NCBI RefSeq assembly: GCF_009834535.1
Contig: NC_045696.1
Location: forward strand, 60,762,001-60,826,000
Length of the DNA stretch: 64,000 bases
Direction: 5' to 3'
DNA from: Camelus ferus
Lineage: Eukaryota
Positions 11,719 to 27,078 of this stretch are shown here, in pieces. The notes below the pieces were generated by a model. The model ran no database searches and was not told the origin of the DNA. It worked only from the letters and a program-made list of their open reading frames with translations. Within the stretch, counting starts at the first letter, position 1; every line of letters starts with the position of its first letter. Made by a program: the position numbers and the translations under genes.

Positions 11719-14700
11719 GAATCACTATGCTATACACAGAAATTAACACAACATTGTAAATCAACTATACTTCAATTAAAAAAAAAAGACTAGGTCAACA
11801 TAGGTGTGATGCAAAAAACTAAAACTGACTTCTTAGATAGCTATTAAACTGTTTCTAAAGGCAATTTAAAAAGAGGAGTTCCAAAAGTGTATTTCAACAA
11901 TGGAGTCATTTTAAAAATAACTCTATCATCAATTAAGTTTAAATATATTCATTTGGAAATTTAAGTTATAATAAGCTACAAAGAAAATAAACAACAACAA
12001 AGTGTAACCTCTTCTATAAGTCTGTCATTCAGTGACCCACATCTAGTAAGTCACAGCAGCCACAATGCACTGTAATCATTCTTTTAAGTGAGAACTGACT
12101 GGGTACCATGCTTGGTGCTGAAAAGGATGCCAAAGAAGTCCATGACACAGTGCCTGCCCTCTAGGAGCTTTAACTGAGGAGAGAAGGGCGGGACATAAAA
12201 ATCCTCCCCCCAAAATTAACAGTATCAGATTGTTTTATGATTAAGAGTCAATAAATGGTAGAAACAAGAACATTAAAGATTAGAAAGTTTCATGGAAGAA
12301 AGAGTATCTATATTCTAAAGAGGTGCACAGGGTTTGGATTACAGTGAAAGAGAGATGCTGTGATCTGGCAGGCTGTGTCAGAGTCCAAGTGGGTGAGGAG
12401 GGTAACCACATAGGGGTGGAAGAAGATGGAAGGGATGTGGACAGATCAAATAAGTAAGCATATTAAGGACAATGAGACCCTCTTTCCCACTGTTGGAAAG
12501 AAGAGTTACAAATATGGAAAGGGAGAAAGCTAAAATGAATTCTTTGGTATTAGACTGAAATCAAAGATACTGGTGCAAACTCATGGTTATATATATACAC
12601 GTGTGAGTATATATAAAATTACACACACATATATATTTCCTAGTTCTGTTTACCAAGAGGGCCTGGGAAGCAGCTATATCCCAATAGCAATGAACAGTAC
12701 ATCTAGTACCCAGACCTTAGACTCTAAACATCACACTCCACTAAAAGAAACTAGAGCTCCTTGGAGAAATGGTTGTTTCCAGAGCCGCAGCAAAGAAAGT
12801 AAAGATAAGCCTAGAATACCTTGTGCTAGACAGCAAGGAAATATTTAAAAAGATGGGACAGGCCAAAAGGACACAGGAACTAGCCTGAAAGGGCTCCCTC
12901 TGGCTAATTCTGGGGCAACTTGAATATCAAAAATAATGATAGTGATGGTAATACCCAATGAATAAAATGGAATCCATGAATCAAAACTGATTGTAAGTAT
13001 ACAAACTAATAAAGTGAAAGTATGATAAGAAATAACTTATTGATATAGTACCTTTTGTCCAAATACTTACTAATTAAAAAGGGAATTAGCTAAAAGAGAA
13101 AAACAGCAACTTGACAGTGAAGAAGTGTGGTAGATACTAGCAAGTTAACATGATCAGTAAAGGGACAAATCAGGAGTGCACCACCACAACACAAGCATCA
13201 CTTCTCTGATATTACTGCCCAAAACATATTACATGAATTTAATTATGAAGAAACATCAGACAAACCCAAGTTGAGACACATCCTAGAAAAGAACTGGCTT
13301 GTAACCTTTAAAAGTGTCAAGGGTATGAAAGTCAAGAAAAGACTGAGGAACTGTTCCAGATTGAAGGACACCAGAGACATGATAACTACTCAACATGTGA
13401 TATTAGTTCAGATCCTATTACTACAAAGACATTGTTGGGACAATAGGCAAAACTTAAATGGGGTATGAGAATTAGATGTATCAATATTAATTTCTTTATT
13501 TTTTGGTAGTATTGTGGTCATACAGACGATGTCCTTGTTTATAAGAAATATATATTTAGGTATTTGGGAGTGAAGGGGCAGGTTGTCAGCAATTTGCATT
13601 TAACTGACTCAGAAAAAACATATTTTTGTACCATTCTTGCAAATTCCATCAAAATAAGTAAAAAAAAAAAAAAACAGGAGAAAACAGAACAGCTAATCCA
13701 TATGCTAACTGTTTGGAAATCATATACATTTGCTAATTTAGTATTTAGTATTAAATTAGCAAAATTAACTGACAACACTAGGTACTCCAGAGAAGCCAAG
13801 TACATTAAGCCTTTGTGGATGGTATTACAAATCTACGTAATCCCTTTGTGGTGGTGGTGGCGGTGTTATGAAACATTAAAGTAGGTTGAAATGGTCATCC
13901 TCCTATCGTAATTCACTCTGTTCCAGCTTTATTTCCTTTAATTTTATTTCAAAAATTGATTTTAAAAAGGTAAAGCCTGTAAATATACTTATAAAAGCAT
14001 TTTTACATAGTAAAAAGTGAAAATTAAGTCAATATCTAACAAAAAAAATGACTTCCCTAATTAAACTACTTTAAAATGATGTAATGCTCTACAGCTATAA
14101 AGAATGGTATTATTATTGGAAAAAACTGCAAAAGGTATTTTGCTCCATATAAGCACTAAGGCACTGACTAAAACAAAATTACATACTGTAATTACACGAG
14201 GTCAAAACTATGTATGTAAGCAATACATAAATCTTTAATAGAATTTATCAGAAAATAGTTGCTCAATTAAAGTTGTCAGATTATAGCTGGAAAGTGTTCA
14301 TTTTTAGTTGTCTTTTATAAGGTTTCAAAGATAATTTTATATGAATTGTGCAGTGAATGAATTATACCTCAAAAAAGCAGTTACCTAAAAAACTGTCAAT
14401 TTTAAGAAACTTTAAAAAAAATTAGTTAAATTGTCAGCTACATTAGTGCACTTAGCCCTTGCAAATAAAATGGCACAACCAATTCTTATTTTTCAGTTTT
14501 TAGGATCACATTCTCCTCTCTGATGTCTATTAGTAGGGTATAAAATATTCAGTAAGTTGGATGTTCCTAAGTTACAGAATGCCTGTATCTTAATAAGTTC
14601 TTAATAAGGTGATGCAGTTATTTAAATTAGATGTGAAAATATGATAATTAAGAAAACAGTAGTTTACCCCCTTTGGATATCTAATTTCAAGGAAAAGATC

Positions 14701-17700
14701 TATTATTAATCAGTAGTTGATTTATTAATCCTTATAGCCATGCTTTCTTCAGAACTTATAAACTGTAATTTTTTCCATTAAAAGTAGTATTTAAGAACAA
14801 AATTATATATTTTTCATGATCTCCTTAGCATAAATGCCCAGAAGCAAAATTATTATAAAACTTTGCTGATCTATAGCAACTACATATATTTTTAAACAAA
14901 TGGGGAAAGGTAATTTCTCTCAAAGATATAATATTTTGACAAAACACAAGCATCCAAACTAATGTTTACATAAATAAGGTAAAGTATTAATCAATAAAAA
15001 TTAACTATATAAAAATATAAAATGTATTTTAACGAGATAAAATTATATAGTATTTGATATAATTATTAACAACCATATGGTTTACCTGATAGCATCCACT
15101 CCCCCAGTCTGGGTAACTCAGCTTCCTCTCACACTTTTCCATGACAAATGCTGATTTCTGAATTAGACAAACTGAATGAGGTCCATACTTTTCAGCACCA
15201 TAGTTTTTAAAAAGGTCTGAAGCAAATGAGAAAAGTTTTCTTAAAAACTGACTTTGGGCTCATTCTTACAATTAAAAGTTACTTTAAAAAACAACATGTT
15301 TCATGGATATTTTCAATTAAAAAAGTCGAGAGAAACAGGGTTCCAAACTCAAACTGGGATCTCAGTGAAGGAATTAGTAGGGAAAAATGAGTCTATCAGA
15401 AATAAGAGCTAACACTGGACCTATAGCATCTAAGTTAAATATACAGAGGAAATAGTACAAAGATCACCTTCAATGTGGCCTAAATGGGAGTCACCTCTCA
15501 AGTGACCCATGACAGGATGGGGCCAAGTGGTTTATAAAATGAAGACTGTTTTTGGGGTGCTGCTACTTTTGCAAAATGTTCTTATGTTTTCAACTTATGC
15601 CATCTCCTGGAAGTCCATAAATAACAAGCTGATCTAGTCTAGACTAAACACAAATCTGTAGTTACCCGGTAGATGAAATGATCTCTAAATAGCTAATGGA
15701 CAAAGGAATGAAGCCTTTAAAACCTATGAATAATTTTCTCTCTTTACACTTAATATAAGTAAGTTTCATCTTCTGAAAGTAGAGAGTACAATTATCCTCT
15801 TTTGAAATATTACAAGGATTAGAATTTTATGTCAGCTTTGAAAAATCTTTAATTTTATAAGCTAAGAAAGAAAATGTAAAACAATAAAACAGAGCTTTAT
15901 ATTTTTTTAATTTATGAGTATTTCAAAGTCCTCAAAACACATAGTGATCAGTGTCAAAAAAAAAAAAACAAAAAAGGAGGGGTGAGGCCAACCCTCAGGT
16001 CAAATCCTGAGAGCTATCTGTTTTTATAGATAAAGTTTTACTGGAAGATAAGTCATACTAACTTATTTACATATTATCTATAATTGTTTTCACACTATAA
16101 CAGCAGAGCTGAGAAGTTGCAACAGACACTGTATGACCCACAAAGCCTAAAATATTCACTATCTTGATTTTTATAAAAAACATTTGCCAACTCCAGCTCT
16201 AAAATAATAAAATGTGATACTATATCTTATGCAAACCCATAACTGATAGATATGTGCATTTTTTTTTGCTTTAACATGGAACTTCTGAGTAGTTACATCA
16301 TAAGTCTTTAGACATTTATTAACTAGATAAGTGATGAATAAAAATGACTGTACAAATCCAGTTAAATCTGCTAGGTTTAAGGATAAAAGGGAAAAAAATA
16401 TGGAAATTTAAATTGTAAATGACTTAGTCTATAATAAAGTATGGCAAAAGGGGGGAAGAAAAAGAATCAGGTTGAAAATTTTGATGACCACAGAGAGAAA
16501 AACTACTAATTGTTCTTCATTAACAAATCAGACATGAGAAGATTTTGTTTACAAAGATAGTATGAGCTATAGTTATTATTGCTGAATATTCAATTGCCAT
16601 ACTGTTTATTCCTTTGATGACTTGTTCACTTATGTATATAAAAGGGAATAAATAATATGGCAATACATCTTACTAGCCATGGGAGAATAGTATTCTGATA
16701 TCTGAAGAATGACATGTTACTTCTAAAGTACAAAAAATGCACACTCCTTAGGAGAGGGAAAAATAGGATACCTAATACAATTTAATAAAAAGAGCTCTGC
16801 ACTGGAGGATCCTGCACTGACACCAATGAACTATATTACTTAGTATCTCTCCCCTTATCCTTGAAATTCAATAATACCTTCTCTCATCAGGTTTTGAGAA
16901 GAAATGAATAATAAAAATGAAAGTGCTTTGTAAATGAAAAGTGTCATGCAGATGTAAGGTATTACTAAATGGTAGTGTGTGTACACACACGTGCAAGTGT
17001 ATCTAACAGCTAGCAATCCTTTGTGTCATAATTCTAAGCACTTACTTTACTAACTCATTTAATTCTCACAACAAATCTATAAGATAGGTATTATCCCCTT
17101 TGTACAGAGGAGAAAACTGAGGCAGAGAGAAGTTACTTCGAACAGGTGAACAACAGTGGAACCACAACACAAACTCAAACTATCTGGCTCCAGGGTCTGT
17201 GCCCTTAACCACTATTTTATACTGCAGACACACACTTTTCATATGTATATATATGTATGTATCACTTAATTTCACTAAACTACTAACCTGGTTGATTTTC
17301 CAATATTCTACAATCAGAGCTGCGCTGATATTCACCACTTAAATGCCAACTGAATTCCTGACTGAAAGGGCAGTAGTCAGCAATTTCTACTGAACCACCA
17401 TAATAAGGCAAATCTTCTGCAGGTACTCCACTGAGTTCATCAAAGTACTACAAAGAAAAAAATTTTAGGAAGACAGGAGTATAAGAAACAAAATAAAGTC
17501 CACAGACAATTTATAGCAACCGTCTCTAATGCTGTACAGCACAGAGAAGATATTAATCCATTTTTCTTCATTCGTAGTACAATGCAATATACTACCTGAG
17601 GGGTATTTCAAGGCTGTTGTAGTTTTAGAGATAAGCAAAGTTGAGTAAATTAGTCTACGTTTTTAATTAGAGTAACGTTTTAAAAGAATGGATAGGAAGA

Positions 17701-20700
17701 GTTTTAAGAGTTGACAAAACACAAAACTAATGCATACAATTAAGATATTTTAAATATAACGTACTTCAAGTGTTTTTGGGAGACAACTTACATGTTTTGA
17801 CAAACTTGAACTGCAAGCAAATGAGTGACATCATATATATATAATACTTTGAATACCAAAGGAACAGGTACCAGATAAATTGTAAAGATTTCACATTTTA
17901 TACCAACTCACTGAATTATATTACTAAGCCTAGAAACATGTTTGCTATCTTATAGTGTCTGAAGCACTCAGTTGGGTCATAAACGTATGTAGGAAGCTCA
18001 AAATTAAGCAACAATCGCTTTCTTTTCTTTTCTTTTTTCTTTTCTTCCTTTCCTTTCTTTCTTTCCTTTCTTTCTTTCTTTTTCTTCCTTCCTTCCTTTC
18101 TCTTTTCTTTCTTCCTTTCTTTTCTTTTTTCTTTTCTCTTTTCTCTTTTATTTTCTTTTTCCTTCCTTCCTTCCCTTCCTTCCTTCCTTCCTTCCTTTCT
18201 TGTACAATTACAATGTGTCTTTCTCTGGTGTACAGCACAATATCCCAATCATGCATATACATACATACATTCATTTTCATTTTTAACAATCACTTTAAAT
18301 TTGCTTCTGTGATACCATTTTTGACTAATAGGTCCTTTGTCAATGGCAGGCAGAGCTCAGGGTTTTTTAGTGATAGCCACATCAACAAAAACTTTGAGGT
18401 CAACTCAGAGATTCAGACTGAACATGTGGGACCATTTCCTTCACCTTTTAGGATAATTTTTTCTAAACTAGAACTTCCAAGCCTTGTAATTAATTGGATT
18501 AGAGTATTTTAGTTACTTTCTTTAAAGAACCTTGTTTTCTATGTAAATTAAAGACAAAGACTTTGGAAACAATTAAAAAGAAAATACAAACAGTTAGAAA
18601 ATAGATCAAAATAAATATTCTAAATGTCTCTTACCATTACCATAGGCATTGCTAGATACTAATAAATTGCTATCAATTAACATATTGGTTATAAAGAAAT
18701 GGAGAAATTCTTCATTTTTTTCTAACTTATAGAAAACAAATGAGGCCTTATAAATTGAAAAACTTATGAGAATTCACTCTTCTAATTAAAAATGGAGACT
18801 TTTTCTTAAAAAGCCGATTCCTGAAATTGTGCCCCAAACAAGTGTTACCTGATATTCTTGAGGTAAAGGTTTCGGAAACTTCTGCAAATTACACACTGCA
18901 ACTGCTCTCTGGTCCTGTCTGCAAGTTAACTGCAATGGATTACTTCTGAGCGTGTCACAGTAAGGACTCAGCATCTGCCTCCTGCAGACAAAGATATACA
19001 ACACGGTACCAAACTCTAAAGAAGTTATTACAAGTCTATTCTACGGTTTGTCTTTTCCATTACAATTTCAATGTTTTAATACCTTAAAACCAATTGCTAA
19101 ACCAGGTTAAAAACTTATTTTTCAAAGGGTAAAGGAAATGCTTAATGTAGGTGTCAGAGATTAATGCTAGATGTATTATAATATTTCACTGTCATTAAAT
19201 AAAATCCTATTCATCTCCTCCTTCACTTTTGCCAGTAAAATGGAGTTCCAAGGTCCCTAACCAGTCTGCCTTCTCCTCTACCTTTCAGAGCCTTCTTATG
19301 TTTATTGATAATGCCTAGACTTCTTAGTTGTACTTAGAAGGAGGAACAGGAAAAAGTACATCTACACCTTCCAAGAAGTGAAAGTGGGACTTACATTTAA
19401 TTTTTATATTATGTTTTTGAAAGGTTTCCCCCAAGTGATTGTGATGTAGTCAGATTACAGACCTATGTCTGGGGATAATGTGATGTTGAATCATTTCATT
19501 TATCTGGTATTTAATGATTAACAGAACTCCCAAACAGTATTATCATTCCTAAAAGGAAGCCTCCAAAGTAGAACTAGTATCTTCATTTTACTGGTAGGTA
19601 AGAAGTCTGAGACAAGCAGCTTGCCCAGGGTCATACAGCTCATGAGGGGCAGAGCTGGAACTTTAAAAACTTCTCTCCAAGTCCAGTGCTTGCCCATTAA
19701 ATCACAGGTACTTCCTGTGTTAAAGAAGATGTGTTTGTTTCTTCTCTCACCTGGGTAAGGTCTCAGAGCAGTTTGAATCACTCATAGTTTCTACTAAGAA
19801 GTCTGACATCTGAGTTATAAGCCTGCTACAAGAAAAGCAGCTCATATGCAGTGGCAGGAAGCAGCCTGCAGCTACTTTGGGGACAACTAGTTAACTCCAG
19901 TACTACAACCTGATCTAGTGTAGTTGTTCTTAAATTGTGCTACACATTAGAATCATCTAGAGAGATTTTTTAAATCTCCATGCCCACCTTGTTCCTCACA
20001 CCAAATGAATCAGAATGTCTGAAGGTCGGAACCAGGCATTGGTATGACTCACAAAAGGACAAACTGATAATTTGGACTTAATCAAAAGTAAAAATTTCTG
20101 CTCCACAGAAACCCTATTAAGAGGATTAAAAGCCGTACTGGCATATGACATGAAGAGACATCTCACCAAAGAGGATATGCAGATAGCAAGGAAGTACATA
20201 AAAAGATATTTAACATCATTAGCCATTAGGGAAATGCAAATTAAAACCACAATGAGGTATCACTACTACCTTTCAGAACAGCTAAAGTAAAAAACAGTGA
20301 CAATACCAAATGCTGGTGAGGATGTGGAGAAATTATTAATCATACATTGCTGGTTGGAATATAAAATGGCATAACCATTCTGAAAAAGAGTTTGGCAGTT
20401 TCTTACAAAACTAAACTTGTAACTACCACATGACACATTGATTGCCCTCCTGGGCACTTACTCTGGAAAAATGAAGATTTATGTTCACACAAAAACCTGT
20501 ACACAAATGTTTATAGCAGTTTTATTCATAACAGCCCCAAATGAGAAACAACTCAGATGTCCCTCAACGTGTCAATGATAAAACAAAGTGTGGTGCATCC
20601 ATATCATGGAATACTGTTTAGCCATAAAAATGGGCAAACTATTGATAAATACAACAAACTGGATGAATTCTCAGAAAATTATGCTTAGTGGTAAAAACCA

Positions 20701-23700
20701 ATCCCAAAAGGCTTTATACAGTATGAGCTATTTATATAATATTTCTGAAATGAAAAAATTACAAAATGGAGAACAGATAAGTGGTTTCCAGGGGTTAAGG
20801 AGGGATAGGGTGGGAGGGAAGCAGGTATGGCTACAAAAGGGCAACAGGAGGGATCCCACTGGGAATCCAAATGTTCTGTATCTGGCTGTATCAATGTCAA
20901 TATCCTGGTTGTGATATTGTACTACAGTTTTGCAAGATGTTACCAATCAAGGACACTGGATACAAGTGTATATGGGATCTCTGTATTTTTATTTTCTCAC
21001 AACTGTATGTGAATCTACAATCACCTTAAAAAGTTTTAAAATATATACGTTTATAAATATATAAACATGTGTGTATCCCCCCAAATTGGAGACTATATTT
21101 TTTAAAAAGCTTGCTAGGTAATTATGATATGCATTCAGATTAGAGAACCAGTATTCAAAAGTAGTTTTATGTTTTTGATACTGAATCAACAGTTGCATCT
21201 ATGTTTATGAGTACATTCTCTGAAGAAAACAAGTAAGAATGAAAATGAAGAGTATGAAACAAATTTGCAGTAAATTTATTTATGAATAATAAGCTAACCA
21301 GAAAAGTTTTATGGTTCTGGCTGTCACAATGTGGATTCTTTTGGTATACTCTTTAAAACAATACTGTGGCTACTTATGATATTATGACAAAGATTGTTTT
21401 CTATACATTTTGAAATTGAACTGTTTGGACCACATTTTGAAAATAGGACATTTTAGGCTCTAGATAAAGAACAACATCGGAAATAAACTGTTATCAAAGA
21501 CATTGTGAAGAAATGCATCCTTACTTTTGTCTCTGCTGATCAATCCAGAATTTACAGCTCTTCTCAACAAAATCACAACCCATTCCTCGGCCCCAGTCTA
21601 ATTTCTCAGCCATGCTGTAATTAGCTTTATACCAGCTGTGGAAAAAATTCAAACAAAGCACTTTATATTACTGTCATTTAAAAAGCGACTCTAGTATACC
21701 AATGACAAATCTTAACAATGAGCAAACTAGGACCTCAAAAAGGACTTTGGTGACCATCACCACAGATGAGCATTTATGAACAAAGCTCTTGCTGCACAGG
21801 ATTGCTGTACAGATCACTGTAGCAGGGCCCGGGAAACTTTAGTCTTGAAGGAAATGTGAGTATTTAAGAGTATCTTCATATTTGAAAAAATCAAAATCAA
21901 ACCATGTTTCATTATAATTTTCAAAAATGACAGAAGTCATAGAGTAGAAAGTAGTTAACGTGTGAGACAAGGGGAATAAAAGGCAAAGAAACAGAAAGAA
22001 TGAGAGAAAAAGAGAAGGGAGCAAGTTGAGGAAGGAAAGTGGAATTACTAGTTGGCCGGCCTCTACCTAATCTGGTCCAGTTGGCCCTAGTTTCTTGCTT
22101 CCCTGGTCTTGAATTTATAATATTCTATCAGTATGGGCCCTGTTTGTGACTAAATACTACACCATTATAATAAGATAAATGACACAGAGAAAAAAATGTG
22201 ACAATGAGTGTGTATATGTCCATGAATAACTGAAAAATTGTGCTGAACACTGGAATTTGACACAACATTGTAAAATGATTATAAATCAATAAAAAATGTT
22301 AAAAAAAAATAAGATAAATGAATACTATTTCCAACACATTGCAAATGTTTCAATTTCAGAAAAACAAAAACACATTGATTTACTTCCCTGACAAAATTAA
22401 TCAAAGGCAATGAAGCTACTTTTATTAGTTTTGCTTCTTTATTCTTAATGACAAGATTAGTTTACAGAAGTTATAAAGTTACACAAAATAGTTTCTGTCA
22501 TGTTTGTATTATATCTTGTCCCCTCAGCATTACCAAAATAGTTAATAAAAACACAGGCTCAAAGGCTGGGGGAATGATAAGAATCATCCTCTCCACTCCA
22601 GCACTTCCCACAAAATCTGAGACAGCAGAAATACATGACATAGCATCTTTCAAACTTTCTCCCCTTCCAAAGAACAGAACTGTCTCACTCAGACAGAACC
22701 TGAAGAAATGAAGCCCGGCACTCCAACACCAAAATGCCTACAACTTCTACAGCTACCAAGTGAGTCCCGCTGACCAGCTAACTTGGTATCACAGCAGGTC
22801 AAGGTGTCTGGATAGTAACAGGTGCCCCCAGTCTTGCACACTAGTGGTTATTTTAGCAGTGCCTAGGTTAGGAAGTCCTTCTCCCAGTGAATAAAATATA
22901 AAGTAATTAGATTCCCTTGGGAATGACCATATCTAGCACAGGTTCATGGATGCAAAGTATCAGCACCACGTCACTCAATCACCAGCTGGGCACTCCAGCT
23001 ACATTTCTTGAAACCTTCTTGATATCTTTTCTTTGCAGTTCTTCCTGTACTATTAGTCAACAGTTATTAAGCACTTCCTGTGTGCTAGGCACCGTGTTAA
23101 ATGCTAAGGCTACACAGTGGAGAAACAGTTCCTGCCCTCACAAACATTATAACCTAGTGGGGAAGGCAAATACAAAAAAGAAAATTCCAAGTGTGATGAG
23201 TATGACACAGGCTAAGTATAAGGTGCTAATAGGAGCACATTAATAGGGAAACCTAAGCTAATCTGGGGAATTAGAAAAGGTTTTATGAGGAAGCGACTTA
23301 AAGCTAAACCCAGAAGGATAAGCACAAGTTAGCTGAGGGAACAATTAGAAACAAGATTTCTTGGTGGCATTTAGGGAGCTGTGAAATCAATTTAGTGGAT
23401 CTTAATCAATGTTTCTTTCACTCTCTCTTTTAAAATCAATAGAATATAGCTATAAAAAATTGCATAATAGAAGATTTTTTAAAAATAAAAAATCAATAGA
23501 AAAAGAGGACTGCACTGTAGGTAGTAAGGGTAAATATTATTTCATGAACCTCTGAATGATTTAGTTATATATATAATAGCTAATACTTAATTGGTCCTTA
23601 TAATGTGCCAAGTTCGGTACTAAGGGCTTTACATTTTTTTTTTTTAGGGCTTTACATATGTTAACTTATTCAAGCTCATAAAACTCTACGAGGTAGATAC

Positions 23701-26700
23701 CATTTTTTATCCCTATTTTACTAAACATAATTGCTGGTTGTTGTGGTATGAGTACGTCTGGCTTTGTAAATTACTGCCAAAATATTTTACAAAGTGGCTG
23801 TATCATTTTACATTCCCACCAGCAGCGTATGAGGGTTACAATTTTCCTACATCCTCATCAATATTTGCTACAGTCTTCCTGATTATAGCCATCCTAGTCG
23901 GTGTGAAGTGGCACTGTAGTTTTTATTTGTATTTCCCTAATGATCCTGAGAATCATCTCATGTGCTTATTAATCATTTATACACCTTTGGAGAAATACCT
24001 ATTCAAATCCTTCACCCATTTTAAAACTGGGTTGTCTTTTTATTTTGAGCTGTAAGAGTTTTTTATATATTCAGGGTACTAATACCCATATCAGACAGGT
24101 GATTTGCAAATATTTCCCCCCATTTTGTGAGTTCTTTTCACTTTCTTGATAGTATCCTTTGAAGCACAAGTTTTTGATTTTCATGAAGTCCAATTTATCT
24201 TTTTCTTTGGTTGTTTTTGGTATCATATCTAAGAAATCATTGCCTAGTCCAATATCATGAAGATTTACACCAGCGTTTCCTTCTAAGAGTTTTACAGTCT
24301 TAGTTTTATATCTAGGTCTTTGAACTATTGAGTTAATTTTCGTATATCATGTGTGGTTGGAGTTCATTCTTTTGCATATGGATATCCAGTTGTCCAAGTA
24401 CCATTTGTTGAAAAAACTATTCTCTCCTCATTGAATGGTTTTGGCACTGTCATCAACATCTTCACTCTTAACCATTATATACATATGTTTGTACTTTGGT
24501 CATGATGTATTTCTTACTGTGTGAGACACCATACCTAAAAAACTTCTAAAAGACATTTGTACAGAATATGTGAAGGTCTTTGGGCAGTAGAAAGGACTAC
24601 TCAAGATACAGGGAGACATTTAAAAATGGCTACTATAGTAATCCAAGCAAAAGATAACAGTGGTTTTGATAAATGTGACCCAAAAAGTACACAGACTCCT
24701 GGGATACTGAAAAGCTAAAAATCAAGCAAGTTTTATGATTGACTGGATGTGAGAGGTGGGGAGAGGGAGGTGTGAAGGATGATTCCCAGGGTTCTGGATA
24801 GAAATATGATAATGTCTTTTACCGGGAAAAGCAACTCAGCTAATCTACACTGAAGTCTTATGGATTTATGAAAATTAATTTCCATGTCTACAATTTACAG
24901 ATATTGCCAGATATTTAGAAACATCTGGCTCATTTTTCTGTTGCCTCAGAAAAAGGAAAAATATGCTATAAAAGTCACGAGTGCCATGATTTCACTAATG
25001 ACTCACACACTCCACAACACTTTTATATCTTACTGGTATCTTAAACTAGCATTGTTTACAGAAGGGCTATATAAATAGGTTGTTAAATAGAGCAGCAGGA
25101 CCACGTTTGTTGGCCATTGCCTGTTCAGGGATAAATAGAAAAGCATTATAATGGCACTAAAAAGAATCCAACACTTTTTTTTTCTTTTCAAAAATGTGAA
25201 TTTCCCAACTTGGTCTGCTGAAAACGACGAGAAGCAGTGACAACCCAGTAGCAATAAACACAGTGCCTAGATTGTGGTTTCTAAAAGCTATTCTCCATCT
25301 AAAGAAGCATTCCAGTGCTCCCTGAAGACTGGCTGGTGCCCACATCTAGAATAAGGTGGGTGCAGGTCAGTCTGCTACATTTTGCCATAACAAAAAGCAA
25401 GGAGGCTATCAAAATCCGAGTCTTGTCAAAAGAACCTAGAGCCCACACAGAAAAAGATTCCCACTGGAGTTATTTAAAAACAGTATTCTATTGCTTTACA
25501 AGAAAGTCCTACTGCTTTAAAAACCAGGAATCTAGACATAACCAATTTCATTTACAACTTCAAATCTGTTTATATTAGTCTTTCCTACATATTAGCATAG
25601 CCTCTACTTATTAAAAAAACAAATCCTATAATTCCAGGGATCTTGTTCTATATGTCAGGGATTCATTACTATACCTCAGGGCCTCAAACATTTATTGAAT
25701 GAATGAATGAATGGAGTTGATATAGGTAATGGATAGCTAATTACACAAAATTTTAAAAATAGGTCTATTTTACTTCAGTGTAAAATGCTGGTATTTTCTT
25801 AAGCTAATATTCATTTCCATCTTATTATTATTAATATTCATTTCATTTTAACAAACAATTCATATAAAATTCTCACAGCTGTCTTACCCAGTGTCCTCCA
25901 TTAATGCCAGAGTGATTCGAGAGAGGACTCGGTTCTGGGTGTGAGAACCAGTCATTGCTTCATTCTGAAAATCACCAACAGATTTTAGTTAGAAAATTGG
26001 ACTCCCAATAATTTCCATGATTACTTTGATGTATATTTAAAATGTTACAAGTGTGAGAAGCTGACAAAATATTCACTTAAAATAGTGAAATACATAAGCT
26101 TTCTTTAAGATGACAAGACTGAAATTTAAAGCAAAATCTACTTTCTGCCTCAAATGCTTATACTGTGTACTATTTCCCTGGAATGACAGATAACCTGCTT
26201 TAGAATTCTATGATGAAACTGAAGATGAAATAAGGAAATAGAAATACTGTAAAAACATTATACTATCCATGCAAAGTAAAGTGGGTGGTTGAGACAGATG
26301 CTCAGATACTGGAGTGGGGAACAGAATACTTGACTTAATTACAAAGAAAATGCTTTTGTAACTAACCCTCTACACTTTGTGATCACAGAAATACATATTA
26401 ATATGCAAAATAAGTATCACAGAATCCATAGGATCAGAGGAGTCACATGATGCACCCCAAATAACATCAAGGTCTATTTATCCAATGTCTTAATTCATAT
26501 AGTAAAATTCCTACCAGGAGGTCACCTAATGGTAAGGAATTCACTGTCTCTTAAAGAAGCACATTCTATCTTTGGGAAGTTCTGGCTATTCTTCTAATCA
26601 TCATGGTGAACACTGAATGGTCATCTTAGGTACTTAAGTATCATCTTTAAAAAAAAAATAGTTCAAGGACACAAAGTTGATTTCAGAGAAAGGCAGTAGT

Positions 26701-27017
26701 TTAATTAAACTAATACAATTACTACTCTCAAGTCTTCTATTGAAAAGTAAATAAATTTTCATTTCTGGTCAATCAACAGCTTTCTAAAGGGAATTACTTG
26801 GGAAAATTGCTTAAGGAAAACAAACTGAAGTGTCCATGTGAGAAATAAGTGTTCATGTCTTCCATAAGTTTCTATCACTGTTACTCTGTGGTCACCTAGA
26901 TGAGAACAGTCAGCACAAGCATTAATTTCACTCTTTTCATAATTTCGCTAACTTGGATCATGATGTATATAAACTGCAACTATTTAATTATCTAAACAGA
27001 CTTCTGATCCAAGTATA

Positions 27018-27078
<61 letters not shown>

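Noticed and set aside
17916..18512. Lys/Glu/Arg-rich and Phe/Leu/Ser-rich ORFs
   Set aside because: Translation of the pyrimidine simple repeat.
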